From the NCBI GenBank assembly GCA_963728405.1, contig CAVSJV010000003.1:224001-288000 (forward strand): 64,000 bases of DNA, in the 5' to 3' direction. Of the stretch, positions 40,561 through 53,790 are shown one piece after another. This stretch comes from Methanomassiliicoccaceae archaeon. GTDB taxonomy: Archaea > Thermoplasmatota > Thermoplasmata > Methanomassiliicoccales > Methanomassiliicoccaceae. Below the pieces are notes generated by a model that ran no database searches, had not been told where the DNA came from, and was given only the letters and a program-made list of their open reading frames with translations. Made by a program: the position numbers and the translations under genes. Positions within the stretch are counted from its first letter, which is position 1. Every line of letters starts with the position of its first letter.

Positions 40561-41680
40561 CTCAATACCTCGGTGGAGGATATTGATGGAAGCGTTATGG
40601 TCACGCGATAGCGATAGACCACAGAATGGACAGTCGTGTCGTCTATCGCCTAGTGTTTTAGGAACTAGCTTGCCGCAGCCGGAGCACATCTGACTCGTGT
40701 TTCTTGGATCGACCTGAACGAACAGCTTACCAGCGTTTTCAGCTTTGTAAGCTAGTTCCTGGTTCAGCGAACTCCAAGACGCGTCGGATATGCTTCTTGC
40801 TAGTCTGTGATTCTTGACCATGTTATTTGGTTGTAACTTTTCGGTCACGATGAGGTCGTAATTGTTGACATACGATCTCGATACTTTATGCTGAAAATCG
40901 TTTCTTTGATTGCACACATGCTCGTACTGGCGAGCAACCTTGATGCGTTGTTTCTCTCGATTGGTCGATCCCTTCTGCTTCTTACTTAGGCGTCGTTGCT
41001 CCCGTCTTAGTTTCTTTAGCGCTTGCTTGAGATGTCTTGGATTCTCAACTTCGTTGCCGTCGCTGTCGACGATGTACAACTCAAGTCCAACATCGAGACC
41101 TACGGCATTCTCAACATCTAATGACTCGTATTCTTTCGAGCCATTGTCGACAATGATGTAAGCGTACCACTTACCGGACGGCATATGCTTGATCGTCACC
41201 TGCTTGATCTCGCCTTCGATTGGACGATGCATTCGTATCGGTATGTCGCCGATCTTCGAGAGATGCAACAAACCGAACTTGTCGTTCCTCGGCAAAATTT
41301 TGAAACCAGACTGATTGTAGGTGACTGTCTTGAACCGGTGTTCGCTCTTGAAGCGAGGTTTTCCGACCTTCCTTCCTCGCTTCTTCATCTCCTTCAATGC
41401 AGCGAGATTGGTGAATAGGCGGTCCACCTCTGGCTGAAGACATTTAGAATAGATGTCTTTTAGCTCAGGCCATACCTTCTTCAAATGGGTCAGGAACTTC
41501 GATAGCTCATTATAGCCTATCGTTCCTGCGTTGTATTCCTCCAACAAACGGTTGTAGGCCCGTCGGCACACTTCCTTTGCCCGTAACAGCTTCCGCTCTT
41601 CCTCTTTGTTGGGGTAGAGACGGCACTTGTTGACAAGCGCATCAGAGCACCGAATTTCTTGACGACCTTCATATATAAAC
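40442..41680 (-). mobile_element. IS200/IS605-family (IS1341-like) element carrying only tnpB; left end not defined
   Basis: tnpB with lower GC than flanks; right end hairpin then GAGTAGTTCAC; no tnpA. Confidence 0.8.
40447..41642 (-). CDS. tnpB: RNA-guided endonuclease TnpB; 1-nt frameshift just after ATG 41642
   Basis: RLYPN HTH start, GLDVG (RuvC I), IVTEKL (RuvC II), CSGC..CPFC, RDHNASINI (RuvC III). Confidence 0.93.
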
Positions 41681-41794
41681 GTCGAACGGAGAGGTCAGTG
41701 AAAGTGCCCGTTTTCGCTTATCCTTGAGATGCCAGGGGGCATGTTCGCACGAAGATAAAAAAGATTATGACCCGCCCGGGGGCGGTAAGGGGTT

Positions 41795-44700
41795 TTACTC
41801 CTCGGTATCGTCGGTTTCCTTGACGGCCGGCAGGATGGTGTCGGCCTCTATGGACTCGGTTTGCGCCACCAAGAGCTTCTCCTGCGCCCCTACGAGCCGA
41901 GCGACCGCGGTGATCTTGTCCTCCTCGGAGAGCTTCATGATGGTCACGCCCATGGTCGAGCGGCCCATCGTCCTGATCTCCTCCGCGGGTACGCGGATGA
42001 CCATGCCTTGCAACGAGGTCAGGATCAGTTCGTCGTCGTCGGAGACCGTGCGCACCGAGACCACGCGGCCGTTGCGGTCGTTGGTCTTGATGGTGATCAC
42101 ACCTCTCCCGCCGCGATGGGTCTTGCGGTAGTTCTCGACCAGAGAGACCTTTCCGAAGCCATGCTCGGTGATGGTCAGCAGCTTGTCCTCTGGTCGCACG
42201 GCGGCCATACTGACCACCTCGTCGCCTTCGTCCATGCGCATGCCGATGACCCCGTGGGCGGGCCGGCCGGTGGACCGGATCTCGGTCTCCTCGAAACGGG
42301 AGGCCTGCCCATCCTTGGTGGCCAGTATTATCTCCATCGTCCCGTCCGTCAGCTTGGTATCCACGAGCTCGTCGCCTTCGTTCAGGCCGACCGCGATGAT
42401 GCCCGAGGAGCGGGACGTTCTTGTACTCGTCGAGCACGGTCTTCTTGACGTTCCCGGCCTTGGTGGCGAAGACAAGGTAATGCTGGTCATCGAACTTGTT
42501 GATGGCCAGATTGTCCTCGATCCTCTCTCCGTCCTCCAGCTTGGGCAGGAGGTTGATGATCGGCTTGCCCTTGGAGTGGCGGCCGCCCACCGGGATGCGG
42601 TAGGCCTTTAGCCAGTAGACCCGACCCTTGTTCGTGAAGAACATGATGTAGTTGTGGGTCATGGTCACGAAGAGGTCGACCACGTGGTCCTCCTCCTTGG
42701 TCTCCATGCCGATGAGGCCGACACCGCCGCGGTGTTGCTGCTTATAGGTGTCCAGCGGCACACGCTTGATGTAGCCATCGCTGGAGATCATGATGACCAT
42801 CTCCTCGTTGGGGATGAGGTCCTCGATGTCCAGCTCCCCCGTGTCGATGACGATCTCGGTCTTACGGTCATCGCCGTAGGCCTGCCGGATCTCGGCCAGC
42901 TCGGCCTTTATTATGGCGAGGATCTTCATCTCGTCGGCCAGGATCTCCTCCAGTTCGCGGATGCGCTTCTCGATGGCCGCGAACTCGGCCCGCAGGTCCT
43001 CGATCTCCAAGCCGGTGAGGGCGCGGAGCCGCAGGTCCAGGATGGCCTTGGCCTGTATGTCATCGAGCTCGAACCGCTGCATCAGGCCGTCCTTGGCCTG
43101 CTCGGTGGTCTGGGCCTCGCGGATGATGCGGATCGTCTCGTCGATTGCGTCGACCGCCTTGATCAGCCCCTGCAATATGTGGTCCCGGGCCAGGGCCTGG
43201 CGCAGCTCGTACTCGGTGCGCTTGGTCACCACCAGCTTGCGGTAGTCGACGAAGGCCATGAGCATCTCGCGGAGGGTGAGCACCTTGGGCTCGTTGTTCA
43301 CCAGGGCGAGGTTGATGATCCCGAAGGTCACTTCCATCTGCGTGTGGGTGAACAGCTGGTTGAGCACGATCTCTTCCATGGCGTCCTTCCGCAGTTCGAT
43401 GACGACCCGCATGCCGTCCCGGTCGCTCTCGTCCCGGAGGTCGGTGATCCCTTCGATCCGCTTGTCCTTGACCAGCTCGGCGATGTTCTCGATCATCGTC
43501 GACTTGTTGACCTGATAGGGGATCTCCTCGACGATGATGCGCTTGCGACCGTCCTTCTCCTCCATGCTGGTCCGGGCCCGTACCTTGAGGCGACCCCTAC
43601 CGGTGGAGTAGGCCTCGATAATGCCGTTGGTGCCGTAGATGATGCCCCCCGTGGGGAAGTCCGGCCCCCTGATGAACGCCATCAGGTCGAGGTTGTCCGC
43701 GGACGGCTCGTCGATCAGATGGACGATGGCGTCGCAGACCTCCCTCAGATTGTGGGGAGGGATGTTCGTCGCCATGCCCACAGCGATGCCAGAGGAACCG
43801 TTGACCATCAGGTTCGGTATCTTGGCCGGCAGGACCACCGGCTCCTTCAGCGAAGCGTCGAAGTTGTCGGTCCACTCGACCGTTTCCTTGTCGATGTCCT
43901 GCAGCATGTCCTCGGCCACCAGATCCAGCCGGCATTCGGTGTAACGCATCGCGGCCGCTTCATCGCCGTCAACGCTCCCGAAGTTACCATGGCCGTCGAC
44001 GAGCGTGTATCTCAAAGAGAAGTCCTGGGCCATGCGGACCAGGGAGTCATAGACGGCCGTGTCGCCGTGTGGATGATATTTACCAAGGCAATTTGAAACC
44101 ACTATGCCGTTCGCTACAAATTCGTGGGCAACTGCAACCTGGATATCATATGTATGTTCTGCGGGGGCTGCGTCAATTTTCTTGATTCCTTGGAAATAAA
44201 TGTGGTTATCCAAGATTTCCTGGAACAGGGGGGCAACCTTTGAACCGATTCTCTCAAGCTTAGAATGGATTCCCCATTCGATGATTTGAGTCCGACCCAG
44301 CGGACGTGTCCGAAGATCCGAGGAGTAACGAATATTTCCGCCATTCGGATAAGCGATCCCGCTACGGAATTTGTTACCTTCGTAATCCTCATACCACCCG
44401 CTTCCTAGGTGATGTTCTGATAGTTCATCGAATACTACGCTCCCGGCATAGGGGATACGGTCAAACGACGAGACCTTACAATCCGCTGCAAGGACTGTGT
44501 TCTAATCGTTCCTTCCTCAATTCATTGTGTAACTCGAGTTTTAATGCAAGGGCTTTAGCATGCCGTCCATTGACTTCGATGGAGATTAGGGGATAATTCC
44601 GTTGCAGAAGCCATCCGTTTACCATCTGGATGTTATCTGTGCTATCCTGTATGTGGCGATGGCTCGGTATGCCCAGTTGCTGCATGATTAGTTGGACATC

Positions 44701-45741
44701 ATCGGCCAACCTCTCGGATACAGTCCCATAGTGGATGGTAGAACGATCCTTATGGACAGATCCGTCACCATCAATTAAACCAGATAGGAGAGCTGCCAAA
44801 GCAGTTTTTGGCGATTGAAATAATGCTTCTGGTACTCGAACGCTCTTCGTCTTATTAGACGTGGCACCTTTAATAATATTCGCAATATATTTATTAAGGT
44901 CATGGTCTGTAATTCTTATCTGATTCATGACCTTGCCATCGGGCAAAGACTCCTGCGGATTTGCCCCATAACTTCTAATTACTGCCTCATAACCGAATGT
45001 TGCTTTTAGCAGGTCCCGTACATGGTTTATTACTCCCACAGAGGACGAATAGAAGCAGAAATAGCCCACATTCGTATTTCCGTTGGACGGTTCGAGGTGT
45101 CCATCCGACACGAACTGTCCAATCAAATAGGCAATGTTCTCATCGAGCTTAAGCTTCCGGCCATTCCAATCAGGCAAATCAACATAGGGCAGGTTATCTG
45201 GATAGTCGAACCTCATGACCAAATTGTCATTTTCAGTTAGCTCCTCTGCTTTCTTCCATTTATACTGAAGGCCATTGGTTATAACCTTAAATGGCTGCGA
45301 TGGCGTCGCTGTTATCGATAGGCCACTTTCGAGAGTGATGCGCAGTAGCTCCCTCTTTGGCATCTCATATAGCTCGGTGACGGTCGAGAGGCCCCTCTGA
45401 GTGTAGACCTGCTCGCCCTTACCGATCTCCTCGATGGGGATAAGACCGCGGTCCGTGAGCACACGGGTGCCGGCGACGAAACATTCTCCGACCACCCTGG
45501 CGCTCTTCTTATGGGGCTTGTTGTGGGTGTTCCCCATATCGTACATCGCGTACATGATACGCCGATGCACTGGCTTGAGCCCATCCCTTACATCGGGGAG
45601 CGCCCTACCGACGATGACGCTCATGGCGTAGTCGATGTAGGATTTCTTCATCTCCTGCTCGATGGGCCGGTGGATCTCTTTCAAAGGGGCAAGCACTACG
45701 GCCTGCGGTTCCGTGTTCTGTGATTCGTTATCGTCTGTCAT
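41795..45741 (-). CDS. gyrA: DNA gyrase subunit A with intein; frameshifts at ~44497 and ~42415
   Basis: [30 protein letters not shown], GyrA-box QHRGGVG, beta-pinwheel repeats. Confidence 0.95.
44091..45483 (-). mobile_element. Intein with LAGLIDADG homing endonuclease in gyrA
   Basis: ARVVGE|CFVAGT...[18 protein letters not shown]|CLGKYHPHG; LIGQFVSDG and LSGLIDGDG motifs. Confidence 0.92.
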
Positions 45742-45751
45742 GTCATTTCAC

Positions 45752-48130
<2,379 letters not shown>

Positions 48131-48398
48131 TCATGAATATCGCGCTCAAAGCAAGTCGGCTAATCGTGTCGATTTTATCAGGTAGAATTTGTGCATCCCG
48201 TCCCCTATTTCGACAGCCTGAGTAATAGCATCAACCTATTAATATCCTTGTAGTCACGTCTGGCTATATAAGCAAAAGTCCTGATAAAACCCCCCCAAAA
48301 ACGTGGCCATTTGATGGCTGATTTTTCGGCACGTCTAAAACCGGGAGCGTTGCGCAAGTCTCTTTTAGGAAGATGGTCTTAGGTTTGAAACGAGCTAA

Positions 48399-49666
48399 AT
48401 GGCCGGCGCGAGCGTTTCTCACAGTGACCTGATCAAGGAAGTGGCCCGAAAAGAAGGAGTGGAAGAGAGCGTTCTGGCACACCGGTTCCGGGAGGGCCGA
48501 GTGGTCATACCCAGCAATCCCATCCATACCCCCCGCCCCTGCGGGATCGGCGAAGGCCTTGGGGTCAAGGTCAACGTCAAATGTGGGGACCTCCCGCGAC
48601 CGAGTGGTCCTGGAGGAGGAGCTGGAAAAGGTAAGGGTCTCTCTAGAGTACGGGGCCGACGCCATCATGGACCTGAGCACTGGCGGGGACATTGACGCCA
48701 TCCGGCAGAGGATCATCGCCGAGAGCCCCGTTCCCATCGGAACGGTACCCATCTACCAGACCGGGCTGAAGATGGCCAGGAAGGGTGCCCTGGTGGACAT
48801 GGACGAGGACGACATCTTCAATGGCATCGTCCAGCATGCCAAGGACGGCGTGGACTTCATGACCGTCCATTGCGGGATCACCAAGGAGGCGGTCGAGCGC
48901 CTCAAGCGCACCCCCCGGGTCACCGATGTGGTATCGAGGGGGGGCTCCTTTCTGGTCGCCTGGATCCTGCACAACGGCAAGGAGAACCCCCTCTACGAGA
49001 ACTTCGACTACCTACTGGAGCTGGCCAAGGAGCACGAGTTCGTGCTGTCCCTGGGGGACGGTTTCCGACCGGGATGCATCAATGACGCTACGGACGGGCC
49101 ACAGGTCCAAGAACTGTTGAACCTCGGGGAGCTGGTCCGCCGGTGCCGCCAGGCCGGGGTCCAGGCCATGGTCGAGGGACCGGGGCACGTGCCCATCGAC
49201 CAGATCGAGGCTAACGTTAGGCTGGAGAAGAGCGTATGCCACGGCGCCCCGTTCTACGTCCTCGGCCCGCTGGTCACGGACATCGCGCCGGGCTACGACC
49301 ACATAACCGCCGCTATCGGCGGGGCGATGGCGGCCTATTATGGCGCCGATTTCCTATGCTACGTAACCCCGGCCGAACATCTGTCGCTGCCCACTCCCCA
49401 GGACGTCAAGGACGGCCTTATCGCCAGCAAGATCGCGGCCCACGCCGCGGACGTGGCGCGGGGGCGGGGGAAGGAGCGGGACCTGCGCATGGCCGAGGCC
49501 CGCAAGGCCCTGGACTGGGAAGGCATGTATCGCGAGGCCATCGACGAGAAGAAGGCGAGGGAGTACCGGGCCCGGGGGACCACCGCCGAGAAGGAAGGGT
49601 GCTCGATGTGCGGGGGCAGTCTGCGCCATCAAGATAGTCAAGGAATACCTGAAGCGCGAGCAATGA
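48399..49666 (+). CDS. thiC: ThiC-family radical SAM enzyme (HMP-P synthase, or Bza paralogue); frameshifts at ~48580 and ~49615
   Basis: GADAIMDLSTGG, IGTVPIYQ, SLGDGFRPG, MVEGPGHVP, YVTPAEHL, CSMCG..CA. Confidence 0.85.
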
Positions 49667-49673
49667 GAGAAGA

Positions 49674-49776
49674 TGGAGCCACTGAGGGGTTTCGAACCCC
49701 CGACCTACAGTTTACGAAACTGTCGCTCTTTCGCGGTCCCAGAGCTGGCCCGGGACTGCCGCTGAGCTACAGTGGC
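49674..49776 (-). tRNA. tRNA-Thr (CGT) with encoded CCA and a 26-nt D-loop intron (49731..49756)
   Basis: GCCACTG/CAGTGGC acceptor, ACAGT-TTCGTAA-ACTGT anticodon arm, GGGGG-TTCGAAA-CCCCT T arm; BHB motif in the D loop. Confidence 0.9.
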
Positions 49777-49895
49777 GGATGCTTTTCCATCAAGCCATCC
49801 TTCGATTTATAGATTGTGTCACCGCCTCATTACGCTGGAAGCATGCCGCGGGCAGAAACACTATATGTCCACTCGGCGTTCCTTGAGCGTTATCC

Positions 49896-51749
49896 GTGCT
49901 GCTTGAGCTAGGGGTCCCGCAGGGACAGGTCGTTTCCCGATGGAAGGGGGGCGAGGGGATCGTCAGGGAGGCTTTGGAGAGGGTCAAGGCGGCCTCCTTC
50001 ACCGGATACCTGAAGATCAGCCTGTCCAAAGGGGGGGAGCGGTCCGAGGGGCTTATCTCCTTCACCGGGGGCTGTCCCGTCTTGTGCCTATACGTCTTCC
50101 AACCGGCGGGCATGGAGGAGATCTGGTTCCTCGGGGAGAAGGCCGTGGAGTACCTCTGGTATGACGCGGCGATGGCCGAGGTGGTCATCTCCCTGCATGG
50201 GGACATCAGCCTACGGGACTTCGAGCAGCTGTTCCCTGGTGCGAGGATCAAGAGGATCGAGCCACCCCGCTCGCATCTGACGCCCGATAAGGCGAGGGAA
50301 GAAAAACTGCATAGCGCCGAGCCAGAGAACACCGGAGTGCATATGCTGGGCGCGCTGGGGCCGTCGATGACCGGAGAGGTGGACCGCCGGAAGGTCGATC
50401 AGCAGGCCCGGGGCGTCTATGACCTTATCCTGCAGTACCACAAGATGCAGTCAAGCGCCCAAGGGATCAACGCCTGCAGGGACTGCGGCGAGCCGATCGA
50501 TCTGCTGGGCTATTGCCCCCTATGCGCTTCCAAGGATGACCGCGGGCCGATCGTGCCGCGCATGGACCCTCGGTTCACCTTCGATTCCTTCGTGGTCGGG
50601 ACCAGCTCTCGATTCGCCGAGGCGGCGGCCCGGGCAGTGGCCACCGACCCCGGATACCTCTACAATCCGTTGCTCATCCACGGCCGGTCGGGGCTTGGCA
50701 AGACCCACCTCCTACAGGCCATCGGCCATCAATTAAAGAAGGACCACATCGACCTCAATGTGGTATGCGTCCCTCTGGAGTCGCTCGAGGAGCACGTACT
50801 GGAGTCGCTCGGGAACAAGCAGGGGGAGCTGCGCCAGGAGATGGAAGGAGCGGACATTTTGCTCATCGACGATATCCAGTTCCTTTCGGGAAAGGAGCGC
50901 TTGCAGGATGAGCTACTGAGGGTCATCAACTGCCTGATACCTAGCGGCAAGCAGGTGTTGCTCACCGCCGATCGGGCGCCCAAGGACATTGCGTCGCTGA
51001 CGGATCGCCTGGCCTCGCGGATCGAGTCGGGACTGGTAGTGGATATGGGACAGCCGGACTTCGTGGCCCGCCTGGACATCCTGCGGAAGGTCGTCGCCGA
51101 TGAGGGATTGAACATCCCGGAAGAGGTCATGGAGTTCGTGGCCGAGATGTGCCCCGACAACGTCCGCCAACTGGAGGGCGGCATGAACAGGGTGATCGCG
51201 TTCGCCTCGCTGATGCGCTCGGACGTCACCCTGGACGTCGCCCGTGAGGTCCTGGGACACGAGAAATCGCCGGGAAGGACGATAAGGAAAGAGCTGGTCG
51301 ACCACCGCTCCTACATAGTTGAAGAGTCCCGCCCCGATCATTGTTACGATATCCTAATCTCCAAGTTGGACGACGGCTACCGCGGCATGGTCTTCAGCCG
51401 CAGCAACCCCGCCTCGATCAGGGAGCGACTGGAAGGAAGGGCGGCAGAGATATTCTGGCTGACCGAGCGCGAGACCCGGGGCGAGCGGACCGTGCCCCCC
51501 TCGTTGGAGAAGATCGTGTTGCTAGCGGAGGACCACATCCATCTGGATGGCCCATCCATAGTCCTACTGGACGACCTTCACTACCTGATCAGCAATGCCA
51601 CCTTCGACGGCGTCATCCGCTTCGTGCGATCGCTGGTCGACCATGTCTCCGAGCACAAGGCATTGTTCGTGGTCTCGGTGAGCCCGGACAGCCTGAAGGT
51701 GCAGGAACGGTCCATTTTAGAAAGGGAGTTGGAACCGATAAAGCCGTGA
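49896..51749 (+). CDS. Multidomain protein: DUF2226-like, zinc ribbon, DnaA-type AAA+ (domain III), DUF835
   Basis: FTGYLKI..EGLISF; CRDC..CPLC; FTFDSFVVG, YNPLLIHGRSGLGKTHLLQAIG, LLIDDIQFL, RLASR, NVRQLEG; SRSNP..FWLT..LLDDLHYLI..LEREL. Confidence 0.85.
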   Translation: MLLELGVPQGQVVSRWKGGEGIVREALERVKAASFTGYLKISLSKGGERSEGLISFTGGCPVLCLYVFQPAGMEEIWFLGEKAVEYLWYDAAMAEVVISLHGDISLRDFEQLFPGARIKRIEPPRSHLTPDKAREEKLHSAEPENTGVHMLGALGPSMTGEVDRRKVDQQARGVYDLILQYHKMQSSAQGINACRDCGEPIDLLGYCPLCASKDDRGPIVPRMDPRFTFDSFVVGTSSRFAEAAARAVATDPGYLYNPLLIHGRSGLGKTHLLQAIGHQLKKDHIDLNVVCVPLESLEEHVLESLGNKQGELRQEMEGADILLIDDIQFLSGKERLQDELLRVINCLIPSGKQVLLTADRAPKDIASLTDRLASRIESGLVVDMGQPDFVARLDILRKVVADEGLNIPEEVMEFVAEMCPDNVRQLEGGMNRVIAFASLMRSDVTLDVAREVLGHEKSPGRTIRKELVDHRSYIVEESRPDHCYDILISKLDDGYRGMVFSRSNPASIRERLEGRAAEIFWLTERETRGERTVPPSLEKIVLLAEDHIHLDGPSIVLLDDLHYLISNATFDGVIRFVRSLVDHVSEHKALFVVSVSPDSLKVQERSILERELEPIKP

Positions 51750-52850
51750 TCAGAGGTTCCGCTCCTCGGCATGGAACTCGGTGAGCCGCTCCAGCGCCTC
51801 CTCGTACCTCTCCCTCTTCATGGACACCCCGGCATCCTTGAGGATCTTGACCATGGCCGTGACATCCTTGCCGTTGGACTTGGCATCCAAGAGGCTCTGC
51901 TTCGCTTTCCGCAGCTCGACCATGAGCATCTCCGGCAGCGCCTTGTTCAGCTCCTCGCGGCCCTTGCGGGACAGGATCCCCATGGTTGTCCAGTCCCCAC
52001 TTTCGCCGGCGTCACGCGCTTCGTTCAGTAGCTTGCGAGACTCCCTGACGTCTAGATAGAAGCGTTCGGAGTTCAGGATGAGCTTTTCCAGTGCCTCGTA
52101 CAGATCGTGCGTTTCCACGTACTTGCCGGTGAGCTGTTCGGCCAGCCTCTTTCCGGAACGGGCCTGGTTCAGCGCCCCTTCGTAGTCGCGAACGGCGTAC
52201 CTTTCCTTGGTGTCATCGATCACCTTCTCGATGACCTGGTGATCGGAGTTCATCTTACGCGCCACCACGGCCAGGTTCTCCAGGTACATGATGTCCCGCT
52301 CCAGCCGGTCGGCCAGAGATCTGATCAGCATCTCGCGGCACTCCCGCATGGTCTTGACCGCGGGGTCGATCTCCCGGCGCTTGCCGAGCCCGACCGCTTT
52401 GTCGATGAGCCTGCGGGTGGTGATGGTATCTATTGAGAAGTCCTTGGCCAGGGCCAGCAACGGGCCGACCTCGCTGACCAGTTCGGAGAACTCTTCCCTC
52501 AGTTCCTTCTGCAGGGCGACCTGTTCCTGCTCCTCGATCTCCTTGGTATCGGGGACCTTCTCCTCGGTCTTTGGTTCCTCTACGGGGGGTGGTCCCATAA
52601 GGGAATGTCCGCACTTGGGACAGGCCTCGCTCTCCCCGGGGACGGTGGCGTGGCACTGGGGGCACTCGATCTCGGCCACTTCTTCGATCACGAACTCCAC
52701 GCCGCACTTAGGGCAGCGGTCCACCTCACCCAAGATGTGCATGCCGCACTCTGGGCAATCGAACTCAAAATCATCCTCGGCTTTGTGGTTTACGGTGGAG
52801 TCAGACAGACCGATCACCTCTGGGTCCCGGTGCAAATCAGGCCACAACAT
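51750..52850 (-). CDS. Double zinc-ribbon protein with helical C-terminal repeats
   Basis: CPECG..CPKCG..CPQCH..CPKCG then helical repeats; start is ATG 52850 or CTG 52808. Confidence 0.75.
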   Translation of the reverse strand: MLWPDLHRDPEVIGLSDSTVNHKAEDDFEFDCPECGMHILGEVDRCPKCGVEFVIEEVAEIECPQCHATVPGESEACPKCGHSLMGPPPVEEPKTEEKVPDTKEIEEQEQVALQKELREEFSELVSEVGPLLALAKDFSIDTITTRRLIDKAVGLGKRREIDPAVKTMRECREMLIRSLADRLERDIMYLENLAVVARKMNSDHQVIEKVIDDTKERYAVRDYEGALNQARSGKRLAEQLTGKYVETHDLYEALEKLILNSERFYLDVRESRKLLNEARDAGESGDWTTMGILSRKGREELNKALPEMLMVELRKAKQSLLDAKSNGKDVTAMVKILKDAGVSMKRERYEEALERLTEFHAEERNL

Positions 52851-52896
52851 GTTGGCATAAATAGTTGTCGTCACCCCGCCGATTAGCGAGAATAAC

Positions 52897-53697
52897 TTAC
52901 CCTCCCAGCATCCTGAGCATGCGCACCGCATCACCAGACGGATCGGGCGTCTCGGAGATGATGGTGATGTCGCGGCCTGCTCCCGGCAGGAGCCTGGCGA
53001 GATGCCCGAAGTCCGGATCATTCTTCTCCAGCAGCAGGTGCCGCTTCTCCCCCTTGTCGGTGTACTCGATGCAACTGAAGTGGCAATGTAGGTGGCCCTT
53101 GTGGATGCTGAGAGCCTCATCGAGCACCCTCTTGAAGTCCTGAGCGGTGCGCAGGCAGCCCTGTCCCCGGGCATGGAGATGGGCGAAATCGGGGACCGGC
53201 TCAACGCCCTCGACCTCGGCCATTACCGCAGCGATCTCCTCCAGGGTGCCCCAGCTTCCGGTCTTGCCCATGGTCTCCAGGCCGATCAGGGGCCTGAGGT
53301 CCTCGTTCTCTACGACCTTGCGGACGCGCCTGAGACCGGCCACGACCGCGCGAGTGGTGTCGCTGCTGCTCTTACCCATATATGAGGCGGCATGCACGAC
53401 CACGATACGCCCACCACAGGCGTCCGCGGCGCGCAGGGAGTCCAGGAGCCACTTATCGCTCTTCGCCTGGTTCTCCTCGTTGGAGTTGAAGTTGATATAA
53501 TAGGGGGCATGGGCGCTCAGGGAGATGCCCAGTTCCTTGGCCCGCTGGCCCAGTTCCTTGGCCCTCTCCATCGAGAGATTCACACTACGTCCGAACTGGA
53601 CCTCCAGGGCATTGAGCCCCAGGGCCTGGACGTTCTCCACCGCCTGGACCGCTCCCTTGCTTCCCGGCGGGTATCCGGCCGGGCCGATAAACAGCAT
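52897..53697 (-). CDS. nfo: Endonuclease IV (AP endonuclease family 2)
   Basis: SAHAPYYIN, GLETMGK..GTLEE, DFAHLHAR, HCHFS, IISETP. Confidence 0.88.
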   Translation of the reverse strand: MLFIGPAGYPPGSKGAVQAVENVQALGLNALEVQFGRSVNLSMERAKELGQRAKELGISLSAHAPYYINFNSNEENQAKSDKWLLDSLRAADACGGRIVVVHAASYMGKSSSDTTRAVVAGLRRVRKVVENEDLRPLIGLETMGKTGSWGTLEEIAAVMAEVEGVEPVPDFAHLHARGQGCLRTAQDFKRVLDEALSIHKGHLHCHFSCIEYTDKGEKRHLLLEKNDPDFGHLARLLPGAGRDITIISETPDPSGDAVRMLRMLGG

Positions 53698-53790
53698 GCC
53701 TCGCTCATCGGCCTGCCGCTCTAATAATATTGCCCATGGCCTGGCGGCAAGCATATTTATTGCCGTTGAAGGCCTTAAGTTCTGAAGAGC

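Noticed and set aside
42654-44096. Long antisense ORFs (for example 480 aa opposite gyrA and 295 aa opposite ATPase 1)
   Set aside because: Shadow frames caused by GC-rich third-position bias; no recognisable motifs.
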